A model generated the notes under the pieces. It searched no databases, was not told where the DNA came from, and saw nothing but the letters and a program-made list of their open reading frames with translations. From positions 224,001 through 288,000 of the forward strand of contig VMGC01000001.1 in NCBI GenBank assembly GCA_007376385.1: DNA of 64,000 nt. The letters run 5' to 3'. Position 1 is the first letter of the stretch. Each line of letters starts with the position of its first letter. Shown here piece by piece: positions 9,938-19,113 of this stretch. This stretch comes from Parcubacteria group bacterium Gr01-1014_8. GTDB taxonomy: Bacteria; Patescibacteriota; Minisyncoccia; Phycocordibacterales; UBA2100. The position numbers and the translations under genes were made by a program.

Positions 9938-10458
9938 ATATCGTACTCATCGGAATGCGCGGGAGCGGTAAATCGACTGTTGCAAAAATGCTTGCGAAGA
10001 AGCTTGGCCGGAAATATATGGAATTGGACGACGAGATAGCCAAAAAAGCCGGCGCGCGCATCTCTGAAGTCGTGGAGCAGCAGGGTTGGAATTATTTCCG
10101 CGTGAGAGAAGCGGAGGTAGTCGAAGAAGCTGCTGCAGTAGACAATACGGTCATCTCCACCGGGGGTGGTGTTGTCTTGCAGAGTAAAAACGTTCAAGCA
10201 TTGAAGAAAAACGGTATCTGTATCTTTTTAAGCGCGCCAATCGAGGAACTGCTTCCACGCATTGGTGAATCGTCTACCAGACCGCGGCTTACAGGTGCAA
10301 AGACGATGAAAGAGGAATTGGAGAAAGTATGGGAAGAGCGCAAGCCGTTGTACGAAAAAGCAGCGGACGAGACTATTGATACTACAGGCATGAAACCGAA
10401 AGATATTGCCGAGGAAATAGTGCAGAGACTTAAAAAGAAGCATATAGTGCAAATCTGA
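9934..10458 (+). CDS. aroK: Shikimate kinase
   Basis: MNIVLIGMRGSGKSTVAKMLAKKLG P-loop. ATG 9934 overlaps the aroA stop (ATGA). The listed ORF from 9892 is an in-frame upstream extension. Confidence 0.85.
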   Translation: MNIVLIGMRGSGKSTVAKMLAKKLGRKYMELDDEIAKKAGARISEVVEQQGWNYFRVREAEVVEEAAAVDNTVISTGGGVVLQSKNVQALKKNGICIFLSAPIEELLPRIGESSTRPRLTGAKTMKEELEKVWEERKPLYEKAADETIDTTGMKPKDIAEEIVQRLKKKHIVQI

Positions 10459-10459
10459 T

Positions 10460-11542
10460 ATGGCAGGAAATTCATTCGGACAACTTTTTAGAATAACGAC
10501 ATTTGGTGAATCGCACGGCGGGGCTGTTGGGGTTGTACTGGATGGATGTCCGCCGGGGATTCAAATAACCGAAGAAGAAATCCAAATTCAGCTCGACCGT
10601 CGGAAGCCGGGGCAAAGTCATATCACGACGTCTCGCAAAGAGGCAGATAAAATAAAGATACTTTCTGGCTACTATGAGGGAAAAACGACTGGGACACCGA
10701 TACTTCTTATCGCATACAACGAAGATGCTAAGTCGGGGGATTACAAGGAACTGATGAAAGCGTACCGCCCGTCGCATGCAGATTACACGTACGAAGCAAA
10801 ATACGGCTTCCGCGATTGGCGTGGAAGCGGCCGCGCTTCGGCGCGCGAGACGCTTGCGCGCGTAGCAGCCGCGGCGATTGCACAGAAATATCTACAAGAA
10901 AAAGAGGGAATTGAGTGCCTGAGTTTCGTTGAACAAGTCGGCGACATCAAGGCGGATGTTGATGTTGAGAAAGTGCAGATGAAAGACATAGAATCCAACA
11001 TCATTCGATGTCCCGACCAGAAAGTGGCGGAGAAGATGATCGCGCTTGTTGAGAAAACGAAAGCAGAGGGTGATTCCATCGGCGGTATCATTCAGGGTGT
11101 TATTCGTGGCGTGCCAGCGGGCCTAGGCGAGCCGGTATTCGATAAAATTCCTGCTGACCTTGCGAAAGCAATGTTAAGCATCAATGCAGTCAAGGGATTC
11201 GAAATGGGGCTTGGGTTTCGAAGCGTCGGCATGAAAGGAAGTCAGCACAACGACCCGATGGAAATCCGTGATGGGAAAATTCGGACGAAAAAGAATGACG
11301 CCGGAGGCACATATGGTGGCATTTCAAGCGGCGAAACGATTCATTTCCGCGTTGCGTTCAAACCTGTCTCAACTATTGCAAAAGAGCAGGACACTGTCAC
11401 AACTGAAAAGAAGGCAACAAAACTTGCAGCCGCCGGTCGCCACGACCCGTGCGTCCTCCCCCGCGCCGTCCCCATCGTCGACGCCATGTCCGCGCTCGTC
11501 ATCATGGATCACTATCTTCGCAACAAGGCGCAAAATAAGTAG
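10460..11542 (+). CDS. aroC: Chorismate synthase
   Basis: FGESHGGAVGVVLDGCPPG N-terminus and GRHDPCV motif. Confidence 0.9.
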   Translation: MAGNSFGQLFRITTFGESHGGAVGVVLDGCPPGIQITEEEIQIQLDRRKPGQSHITTSRKEADKIKILSGYYEGKTTGTPILLIAYNEDAKSGDYKELMKAYRPSHADYTYEAKYGFRDWRGSGRASARETLARVAAAAIAQKYLQEKEGIECLSFVEQVGDIKADVDVEKVQMKDIESNIIRCPDQKVAEKMIALVEKTKAEGDSIGGIIQGVIRGVPAGLGEPVFDKIPADLAKAMLSINAVKGFEMGLGFRSVGMKGSQHNDPMEIRDGKIRTKKNDAGGTYGGISSGETIHFRVAFKPVSTIAKEQDTVTTEKKATKLAAAGRHDPCVLPRAVPIVDAMSALVIMDHYLRNKAQNK

Positions 11543-11554
11543 TACAATTTCCGA

Positions 11555-12058
11555 ATGAGCATGGAAGGCGGACCAAAACCTAGGAAAGGAATTCTTTCTG
11601 GTTTACAGAGATGGCTTGAACAACGAAAAGAACGAATAACGCTTGAAGAGGTAAGAGATCACTTGAGCTTTAATCTGTGGAAAACAGCCGATGCGGTGTG
11701 CACAGAAATCTTGGAAAATCGATTAGCGCAAGGCCGCACAGCTCCTAAATACACGAAGCTTAATCTCGATCGATCAAATTACTCTGAGTGGCAGTCGTAT
11801 TTTGATATGCGTTCGAGAACATCGAACTTTTGCATCCGCTTGTTTTCGATGAGGGAAGCGGATGTTAAGCAAGAAAATGAACTTACAGATCAGGAAAGGC
11901 AATGGGCTCGAACAGGTCCATCAGATGACGATCGCAGAAAGACTTATTTTGCTAATACTGGACATCATATCCCGTATTTTCGGCTTGTTCGAGGAGGTAG
12001 TCGACGTCGTGTTGAACAAAGTGAAGGAGATTCGTCGCCGATTACGGTTAAATCTTAA
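11555..12058 (+). CDS. Hypothetical protein (167 aa) at the 3' end of the trp/aro gene string
   Basis: An ORF without recognisable motifs fills the gap between aroC and the convergent trpA. Confidence 0.35.
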   Translation: MSMEGGPKPRKGILSGLQRWLEQRKERITLEEVRDHLSFNLWKTADAVCTEILENRLAQGRTAPKYTKLNLDRSNYSEWQSYFDMRSRTSNFCIRLFSMREADVKQENELTDQERQWARTGPSDDDRRKTYFANTGHHIPYFRLVRGGSRRRVEQSEGDSSPITVKS

Positions 12059-12064
12059 TTTGAT

Positions 12065-12889
12065 CTATAATTTCAGTTGAGACATCGTTTTTTCCACCGC
12101 GGAAATCTTCTTGTTCTTCTTTAGGGCGACAACAAACACACTTCCTGCGATCACAATATCCGCTACTTTGGACAAATCTTTTACATCCTTTTTTGACTTA
12201 ACACCGAATCCAACGGCCACGGGAAGTTCAGAAGTGCTTCGCAGTGTTTTTATAAATGCGGGCAAATCGGACGCAAACACACTTGTTGCTCCGGTGATTC
12301 CTTGTCGCGTTGTGCAGTACCAGAACCCCGTTGCGTCTTTTGCGAGCGTTTCAAGGCGTTCCTTTGGAACGCCGGGGGATACAACAGGAATTAATGCAAT
12401 ACCAGCTGCCTTGCACGTCGCAAGCAGAGACCAGCCTTCCATCGTGTCGAACGGACAATCTGGAACAATTAATCCGACCGCCCCAGCGTTGGAGATGGTC
12501 TTGATGAATTTTGGGATGCCCATCCGGTAAATAGGGTTGGCGTAAGTCATCACAACGACCGGCTTCTTGAATTTCGCAACCTTTTTTACGACTTCTAGAG
12601 CTTTTTTGACTGTCGCGCCTTTCTTGAGCGCCTCTTCGCACGCGACCGCAATTGTTGGGCCATCAGCCATTGGGTCGGAGAAGGGGATTTGCACTTCGAT
12701 AATATCTGCTCCACCTTTGGCGAGTGCCTTTGCGACCTGGATGGATTCAGAAATCGTCGGAAGCCCCGCGATCATGTGCGCCATGAAAAGAGATTTTTTC
12801 CCTCTGTTTTCCAATAAAACCATCAAGGCGACGCCTTGATGGTTTTTCTCAATGGAAGTTGTCATTCTAGTCATAGCGGTTGTATTCAT
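12065..12889 (-). CDS. trpA: Tryptophan synthase alpha chain
   Basis: LIAGLPTISESIQVAKALAKGGADIIEVQIPFSDPMADGP matches the TrpA N-terminal region. The true start may be the internal Met at 12823, because the 12889 start overlaps trpB by 23 nt. Confidence 0.85.
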   Translation of the reverse strand: MNTTAMTRMTTSIEKNHQGVALMVLLENRGKKSLFMAHMIAGLPTISESIQVAKALAKGGADIIEVQIPFSDPMADGPTIAVACEEALKKGATVKKALEVVKKVAKFKKPVVVMTYANPIYRMGIPKFIKTISNAGAVGLIVPDCPFDTMEGWSLLATCKAAGIALIPVVSPGVPKERLETLAKDATGFWYCTTRQGITGATSVFASDLPAFIKTLRSTSELPVAVGFGVKSKKDVKDLSKVADIVIAGSVFVVALKKNKKISAVEKTMSQLKL

Positions 12890-14078
12890 CTTTGAGGAAG
12901 TCTCTGAAGCTTTTGTCTTTGAAGGCGCGGGCGAAGTTGAAAAGGTCTTTGTCGCCGCGGCCGGAGAGTGTAGCGACGATGATGTGATCCTTTTTCATTT
13001 TTGGGGCGATTTTTATCACATGTGCAAGTGCGTGCGCGCTCTCGAGCGCGGAAATTACTCCTTCGAGTTTCGCGAAGAAATCTACCGCCGCAACCGCTTC
13101 TGTATCCAGCGCATACGTAAGTTCCAAGCGCCCTTCTTGGTAGAGGTCTGCGAGTTCGGGACCAAGTCCTGGGTAATCGAGTCCGGCGGAAATAGAATGC
13201 GTGGGCGCAATTTGACCGTCGTCCGTCTGCAGAAAGAGAGATTTGTATCCCTGAAATATCCCCAACACTCCTGCTATTTTTCGGGATGCATGCTGTCCAA
13301 CCTTTTTTCCAATTCCTCCCGCCTCCACTCCTATCAATCGCACTGAAGATTCAGGCACAAAGTCATAAAAACTGCCGATGGCGTTTGAGCCTCCGCCGAC
13401 GCAGGCAACGACTACATCCGGGAGCTTGCCTTCGCGCTCCTGTAGTTCAGAACGAATTTCTCGTCCAATGATGGATTGGAAGTATCGGTTCATTTCGGGA
13501 TATGGTTTTGGGCCAAGCACGGAGCCGATGCAGTAATGCGCTTTCTCAAGATTTTCCATCCAGAATTTTAGCGCCTCGTTCACCGCGTCTTTCAGAGTCT
13601 TGCTTCCGTATTCAACGGGAATTACTTTCGCACCGAGTCGTTCCATCAAGAATACATTTGGTCTCTGGCGGCGTATGTCTTCGTTTCCCATGAATACTAC
13701 ACACTCAAGTCCTAGTTTTGCCGCTACCGTTGCTGTTGCGACGCCGTGTTGTCCTGCGCCAGTTTCTGCGATGAGCATCTTTTTGCCCAGTTTTTTCGCC
13801 AGGAGCCCTTGTCCGAGGCAGTGCGTTATCTTATGAGCACCAGTATGGTTTGCGCCCTCGTTCTTCAGATATATCTTCGCGCCGCCAAGTTTCTTCGTTG
13901 CCCGCTCTGCAAAAATGAGGGGAGTAGGACGGCCAGAAAAATTCTTTAAGAGGTCTCTGAATTCCTTTTGGAACTCGGGGTCTCTTTTTGCTTTCTCAAA
14001 TGCGGCGATAAGCTGCTGCAGGGTCTCCCATAGCATTTCGGGTATATATGCTCCGCCGAATGTCTCACGCTCTGTCAT
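12867..14078 (-). CDS. trpB: Tryptophan synthase beta chain
   Basis: HTGAHKITHCLGQ PLP-lysine motif and GGGSNAIG. Confidence 0.9.
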   Translation of the reverse strand: MTERETFGGAYIPEMLWETLQQLIAAFEKAKRDPEFQKEFRDLLKNFSGRPTPLIFAERATKKLGGAKIYLKNEGANHTGAHKITHCLGQGLLAKKLGKKMLIAETGAGQHGVATATVAAKLGLECVVFMGNEDIRRQRPNVFLMERLGAKVIPVEYGSKTLKDAVNEALKFWMENLEKAHYCIGSVLGPKPYPEMNRYFQSIIGREIRSELQEREGKLPDVVVACVGGGSNAIGSFYDFVPESSVRLIGVEAGGIGKKVGQHASRKIAGVLGIFQGYKSLFLQTDDGQIAPTHSISAGLDYPGLGPELADLYQEGRLELTYALDTEAVAAVDFFAKLEGVISALESAHALAHVIKIAPKMKKDHIIVATLSGRGDKDLFNFARAFKDKSFRDFLKDEYNRYD

Positions 14079-14863
14079 ATCATTGCTTTCTGAAGTTCTC
14101 GTATCTTCTCGAGGGGGTCATTAGACTCCAGAATCGCAGTTCCAACAAGGATTCCTCGGACGCCGGTTTTGCGAACACGAAGCACATCATCAGCCGTGTA
14201 AATTCCTGATTCACTCACGACGGGTATGTCTTTGGGGATGGAGTTCATCAGCGTTTCTGTTGTGCTGAGGTCTATTTCCATAGTTCGGAGGTTGCGGTTG
14301 TTGATGCCGATGAGTTTTGCATTCGCTTCTATCGCCTTTTTCACATCTTCTTCGTCGTGCACTTCAACGAGACTTCCGATGCCAAGCGATTCTCCAAGGG
14401 ATATGAGTTCAGCGAGCTTGTCTTTCTCAAGCACCGCTGCGATGAGAAGAAACGCATCGCCACCCCCGGCAAGTGTTTCGTAGACCTGGTATTCATCAAC
14501 GATAAAATCTTTTCTTAGAATTGCTTGCGGAACTTTTTCTCGCACGTGCTGCAACAATTCAAGACTCCCGCCGAAATATTTGTTGTCAGTAAGAACGGAA
14601 ATCGCGTCCGCTGCACTTTCGGCGTACAGTTCTGCAACTTTGAGCGGGGAATCGATGAGTTTACCGGCGGAAGGAGAGCGCGGCTTTATCTCTGCAATGA
14701 GAACGCTTGATCCGGGGTCGCTAAATCGCGAGCGAAATGGTCTCGCTTTTCGGTATTGTTTTTGCTCCGATATACGTGCTCGCAAGACCTCAAGCGGCAC
14801 TTTCTTCATCCTCTCTTCCAGTTCGGAGCGGGTATTAGATACTATTTCATCGAGTACTGTCAT
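14075..14863 (-). CDS. trpC: Indole-3-glycerol phosphate synthase
   Basis: IAEIKPRSPS motif and IGINNRNL. Its stop overlaps the trpB start. Confidence 0.85.
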   Translation of the reverse strand: MTVLDEIVSNTRSELEERMKKVPLEVLRARISEQKQYRKARPFRSRFSDPGSSVLIAEIKPRSPSAGKLIDSPLKVAELYAESAADAISVLTDNKYFGGSLELLQHVREKVPQAILRKDFIVDEYQVYETLAGGGDAFLLIAAVLEKDKLAELISLGESLGIGSLVEVHDEEDVKKAIEANAKLIGINNRNLRTMEIDLSTTETLMNSIPKDIPVVSESGIYTADDVLRVRKTGVRGILVGTAILESNDPLEKIRELQKAMI

Positions 14864-14935
14864 GCTCGGCTATTATAGTGATTATCACGAATTTACCTAG
14901 CGTTTTAGCCCTTTGCAGTCTACGATGGAGCATTC

Positions 14936-15574
14936 ATGGTTAAGGTGAAGATCTGCGGCAATACGAGCAAGGAAACTGCGCTTGCCGCGCTTTCGTATGG
15001 TGCAGATATGCTTGGATTCATTGTGAATGTTTCTGGATCAAAGACTTCCATAACGCCAGAGCAGGCGCGTGAAATTATTTCTGCGCTGCCGTCTGGCGAG
15101 ACTGTGGTGGTTACAACTGCAACAGATGCTCAGGAAATAAAAAGACTTGCACAGGAAACTGGCGTTTCAACAATTCAATACCATGGTGAAGTGTCACCGG
15201 AGACAATTGCAAAGATAAAAGATGAGCTACCGAATATCGCCGCGTGGAAAGTAATCCATGTGAAAGATGAGAGTGCGATTGATGAAGCAAGGAAATATGA
15301 AAGTATCGTAGACGCGATACTTTTGGACACAGCACAGGGCGGCCAAATCGGCGGAACTGGTACTACGCATGACTGGAATATTAGCCGCATAATTGCAGGT
15401 GATTATTCCAAACCGATCATCTTGGCCGGGGGACTGAATCCAGACAATGTGGAGGAAGCAATACGGGTCGTGAAGCCCTATGCGGTAGACGTGAACTCCG
15501 GTGTTACTAACTCGGATGGCTCAAAGGACCTTGAAAAAGTGAAGCTTTTCATAGAACGTGCAAAGGGCAAATGA
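14936..15574 (+). CDS. trpF: Phosphoribosylanthranilate isomerase
   Basis: MVKVKICGNTSKETALAALSYGADMLGFIV N-terminus, and AGGLNPDNV. Confidence 0.85.
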   Translation: MVKVKICGNTSKETALAALSYGADMLGFIVNVSGSKTSITPEQAREIISALPSGETVVVTTATDAQEIKRLAQETGVSTIQYHGEVSPETIAKIKDELPNIAAWKVIHVKDESAIDEARKYESIVDAILLDTAQGGQIGGTGTTHDWNISRIIAGDYSKPIILAGGLNPDNVEEAIRVVKPYAVDVNSGVTNSDGSKDLEKVKLFIERAKGK

Positions 15575-15591
15575 GGCCTTAAAATCGTCGC

Positions 15592-15619
15592 TTGACAGGG
15601 GTCGCAAGTCGACTATACT
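15592..15619 (+). promoter_or_regulatory. Sigma70-type promoter, probably driving the rRNA transcript
   Basis: TTGACA (15592-15597), 16-nt spacer, TATACT (15614-15619). It sits right after the trpF stop, about 440 nt upstream of the 16S 5' end. Confidence 0.45.
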
Positions 15620-16340
15620 GTCCTGAACTACCGACCTCGGTGGTTTTTTTGACCCTCCTGTGAGGAGGGACAGAAGGCTTGAACTTTGACAACTGAATAT
15701 GAAAAATTGTACGCAAAACCAAAAAAGAAATTGGTAAGTAAAATTGTTGCCGGCGCTCGCTCGGAATTGAAAATTTATTTTCATTTCGCTCGCTCGCATG
15801 GGCAATAAGAATTCTTGTTGTTCTCAAGTTAGGAACAATAAGACACACACAAAAGCAAGAAAACAGAAAATACATATTGAGGTTCCAGGAGGATCTCATG
15901 TGTAAGTAAACAGTAATAACGAGACAAAAGATCCCCCAAGGGGACTGCGACTTTCTACGATTCAAATGAATCGTGAAAGTCGGGAGATATACATTCTTTT
16001 GTTTCGTCCATCCTAGAGATATTGAAGCAATTCAAATTCTTGAAAGTGGTGTAAAAACCATTTTTACTTAGAGTTTGATCCTAGCTCAGGGTGAATGCTG
16101 GCGGTATGGATAAGGCATGCAAGTCGAATGGGTTAGACCCATGGCAGACGAGGTAGTAACAGGTAGGTACGTCCCCGGAAGTCGGGCATAACCAGCCGAA
16201 AGGTTGGATAATTCCCGATGGTCTCGCAAGAGTAAAGATTTATCGCTTCCGGAGCGGCCTGCTTTGTATCAGCTTGTTGGTGAGGTAACGGCTCACCAAG
16301 GCTATGACGCATAGGGGACCTGAGAGGGTGACCCCCACCG

Positions 16341-16377
<37 letters not shown>

Positions 16378-16891
16378 TGCAGCCGAGAATATTCGACAAT
16401 GGGCGAAAGCCTGATCGAGCGATACCGCGTGGTGGATGAAGCGCTTCGGCGCGTAAACACCTTTTATGAGGGAAGAAATTTTGACGGTACCTCATGAATA
16501 AGGGGCTCCTAACTCTGTGCCAGCAGGAGCGGTAATACAGAGGCCCCAAGCATTACCCGGAATTACTGGGCGTAAAGGGTGCGTAGGTGGTCATATTAGT
16601 CGCCTGTTAAAACCCACGGCTCAACTGTGGAACCGCGGGCGAAACGGTATGACTAGAGAGAGTGAGAGGTGAATGGAACTCATGGTGTAGGGGTGAAATC
16701 CGTTGATATCATGGGGAACACCGAAAGCGAAGGCAATTCACTGGCACTTTTCTGACACTCAAGCACGAAAGCGTGGGTAGCGAACGGGATTAGATACCCC
16801 GGTAGTCCACGCCCTAAACGATGATCGCTGGATTTGGGGAGTATCGACCCTCTCCGAGTCGAAGCTAACGCGTTAAGCGATCCGCCTGGGT

Positions 16892-16923
<32 letters not shown>

Positions 16924-17390
16924 AGACGGGGGCTTGCACAAGTGGTGGAGCGTGTGGCTCAATTCGTCGCTAAGCGAAGAACCTTACCAGGGCTAGAAAT
17001 CCAGCTGCATACTTTGGGAAACCTTAGTAGCCTTCGAGGGTGCTGGACAGGTGATGCATGGCTGTCGTCAGTTCGTGGTTTGAATCGTTCCCTTCAGTGG
17101 GGTAACGAACGCAACCCTCGTTGCCTGTTATATTTGTCAGGCGAGACTGCCCCCTCACGGGGGAGGAAGGTGAGGATGACGCCAAGTCAGCATGTCCCTC
17201 TGATGTCCTGGGCTGCACACGCGCTACAATCGCCGTTACAACGAGGCGCAACGTCGTAAGACCGAGCAAATCTTTCAAAAGCGGCGCCAGTTCGGATTGA
17301 GGTCTGCAACCCGACCTCATGAAGCCGGAATCACTAGTAATCGCGGGTCAGCCACACCGCGGTGAATACGTTCTCAAGCCTTGTACTCAC

Positions 17391-18234
17391 AATAAAAGCG
17401 CACAGCAGTGTACATATCTATGCGGTTAAAATCCGCACCTCTCTTTCGTACAGAGAGCGTAGCAGAAGGATAGTTGTTATCCGCGAGGATGATAATGGAG
17501 GATCCTAATGCAAAGAGCAGCCATTTCGCACAAAAGCCGACCGACCTGTCAATGGGTGGTGAGGATAGGGAAGGTCCTAGAAAGGCAAGAAAATGGATGC
17601 CTAGAACAGATACGCACATAACCTGTGGAGATCTGACGCTGTTATCCCAAAGATGGGATATGATGAATCTGACGCAGCGTCAGAAGTCAGCTGAGTCATA
17701 GTATTTGCAGATATGCAAAAAAGGACTCACTCAAAGCAAAATCTTAGTCCAGATTATGTTGTTGGACTCGTAGATGGTGAAGGAAGCTTTACTGTCTACG
17801 TAAGAAATCCAGACATAGAGAAAAAAGTCGCTCGAAGAGTGGTTGTAGAGCCAAAATTCTACATAAAACTAATCGAACGCGACAAAGATATTCTCTATGC
17901 ACTTCGAGATTTCTTCGGATGTGGAAGTATTTACTTCCAAAAAGATAATCGTCCGAATCATCAACATTGCTATCGTTACGAGGTCTTCCGGTGGGAAGAA
18001 CTTCAAACGATAATCATTCCGTTCTTCAAGCGGCACGTTCTCAAATTCGCGTCAAAACGGCACGACTTTGAAGTGTTTTGCATGATGATGGAGCTTCTCA
18101 AAAAAGAAGCACATCGAACGGAAAAAGGACTACGAGAGTTGTTTAAGTTGAAACAACGCATGCATTGAGCTCGCGTAGTGCGGGAAATCCGCTCGCTACG
18201 TGGGAACATCAATTCTTAGATTCAAGAAGATAAT
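17391..18234 (+). mobile_element. Intervening sequence (intron) in the 16S rRNA near E. coli position ~1390-1400, carrying a homing endonuclease gene
   Basis: The 16S collinearity breaks after CCTTGTACTCAC (17390) and resumes at CGCCCGTCAACTC (18235). The 844-nt insert contains the LAGLIDADG ORF. Confidence 0.6.
17713..18168 (+). CDS. LAGLIDADG homing endonuclease (single-motif type), intron-encoded
   Basis: 151 aa. VVGLVDGEGSF is a LAGLIDADG motif. The gene lies entirely inside the 16S insertion. Confidence 0.8.
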   Translation: MQKRTHSKQNLSPDYVVGLVDGEGSFTVYVRNPDIEKKVARRVVVEPKFYIKLIERDKDILYALRDFFGCGSIYFQKDNRPNHQHCYRYEVFRWEELQTIIIPFFKRHVLKFASKRHDFEVFCMMMELLKKEAHRTEKGLRELFKLKQRMH

Positions 18235-18488
18235 CGCCCGTCAACTCAGGGAAGCCGGGAGTGTCCGAAGCACATACTCGTTATGTACCAAGGCAAACTC
18301 GGTGACAAAGAGTAAGTCGTAACAAGGCACGGCTAGCGGAAGCTGGTCGTGGATTCATTCAAAATTGATTTCGATTTTCAGGTTCGCCTGATAATCGGAG
18401 CAGTCGATTTCTGTATCTCGATCGAGTACAGAAGAAGGTATGACATTGATCCTCAAACATGTCGGACAACTTGGAAAGACAAGTGGAT

Positions 18489-18600
18489 AATGGACGGAAC
18501 AAAAGAGTGTGTATATAGATCAGGTTATAGGTTACAGCTTGTAGCTTGTAGGAAATGCGAACAAACAAAAACGCCGACTCGATATGAGCACGGCGTTTTT
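18489..18600 (+). repeat. Intergenic repeat element copy A (22-mer AATGGACGGAACAAAAGAGTGT ... terminator hairpin CAAAAACGCCGACTCGATATGAGCACGGCGTTTTT)
   Basis: The 22-mer is identical at 20812-20833. The 35-nt hairpin/T-run module is near-identical at 20901-20937. The hairpin is followed by a U-run on both strands, so it may terminate in both directions. Confidence 0.6.
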
Positions 18601-18620
18601 GCGTGTGCTAGATTAATGCC

Positions 18621-18968
18621 ATGGGAGGCGTACCATTTGGAGTTTTTACACTGTGGGGGGTGCTCATGCTCCTTGTTGTGATTTTTCTTGAAAAGTTTGG
18701 GGAAATGTCTCCAATCGTCGCTTTTTTCGTGGTTCCTGTTTTAACTGTAATTATTGCGTTTCGAGTTGCAAAAATACTCGAAAGTATTATTCCTGAAAAT
18801 GTACCTCGCTATGAGAATGTATTGATGCGGCGTTGGTATGGAAGCCGTCTCGATGATTTTTTAATGTATATTGTTGGTGGACCGGTAAATTTTGCTCTGA
18901 TACTAGGGACCGCGATAGTTCTCGGTGTTTTTCTATTGATATATTTCACAACCGGGTCATTCTTTTAA
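18621..18968 (+). CDS. Hypothetical small membrane protein (115 aa, 3 predicted TM)
   Basis: Hydrophobic segments with no known motifs. Located inside the insert between the 16S and tRNA-Ile. Confidence 0.4.
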   Translation: MGGVPFGVFTLWGVLMLLVVIFLEKFGEMSPIVAFFVVPVLTVIIAFRVAKILESIIPENVPRYENVLMRRWYGSRLDDFLMYIVGGPVNFALILGTAIVLGVFLLIYFTTGSFF

Positions 18969-18974
18969 CTCGGC

Positions 18975-19070
18975 AGGGAAAAGAGTGTGTATGAAGAATA
19001 GCTGGTAGCTTGTAGCCAGCAGCTTGCAGCAAATACAAAACGCCCGAAAGGGTGGTTTTGTGTTGCAGCG
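18975..19070 (+). repeat. Intergenic repeat element copy C (AAAAGAGTGTGTAT...AGCTTGTAGC...AAAACGCC hairpin)
   Basis: Shares AAAAGAGTGTGTAT and the ...ACAGCTTGTAGC...AAATNCNAACA...AAAACGCC backbone with copy A. It follows the 115-aa ORF. Confidence 0.45.
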
Positions 19071-19113
19071 TTCACATGAGAGAAGTTGAAACCACTCCCG
19101 CTCTTGATACATC

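Noticed and set aside
15620-15672. Hairpins just downstream of trpF (ACCGACCTCGGT..TTTTTTT and CCCTCC-TGTG-AGGAGGG) as a trpF terminator
   Set aside because: They lie downstream of the predicted rRNA promoter -10 and so are inside the rRNA leader transcript. The first hairpin has only a 2-nt loop. A terminator function is uncertain.
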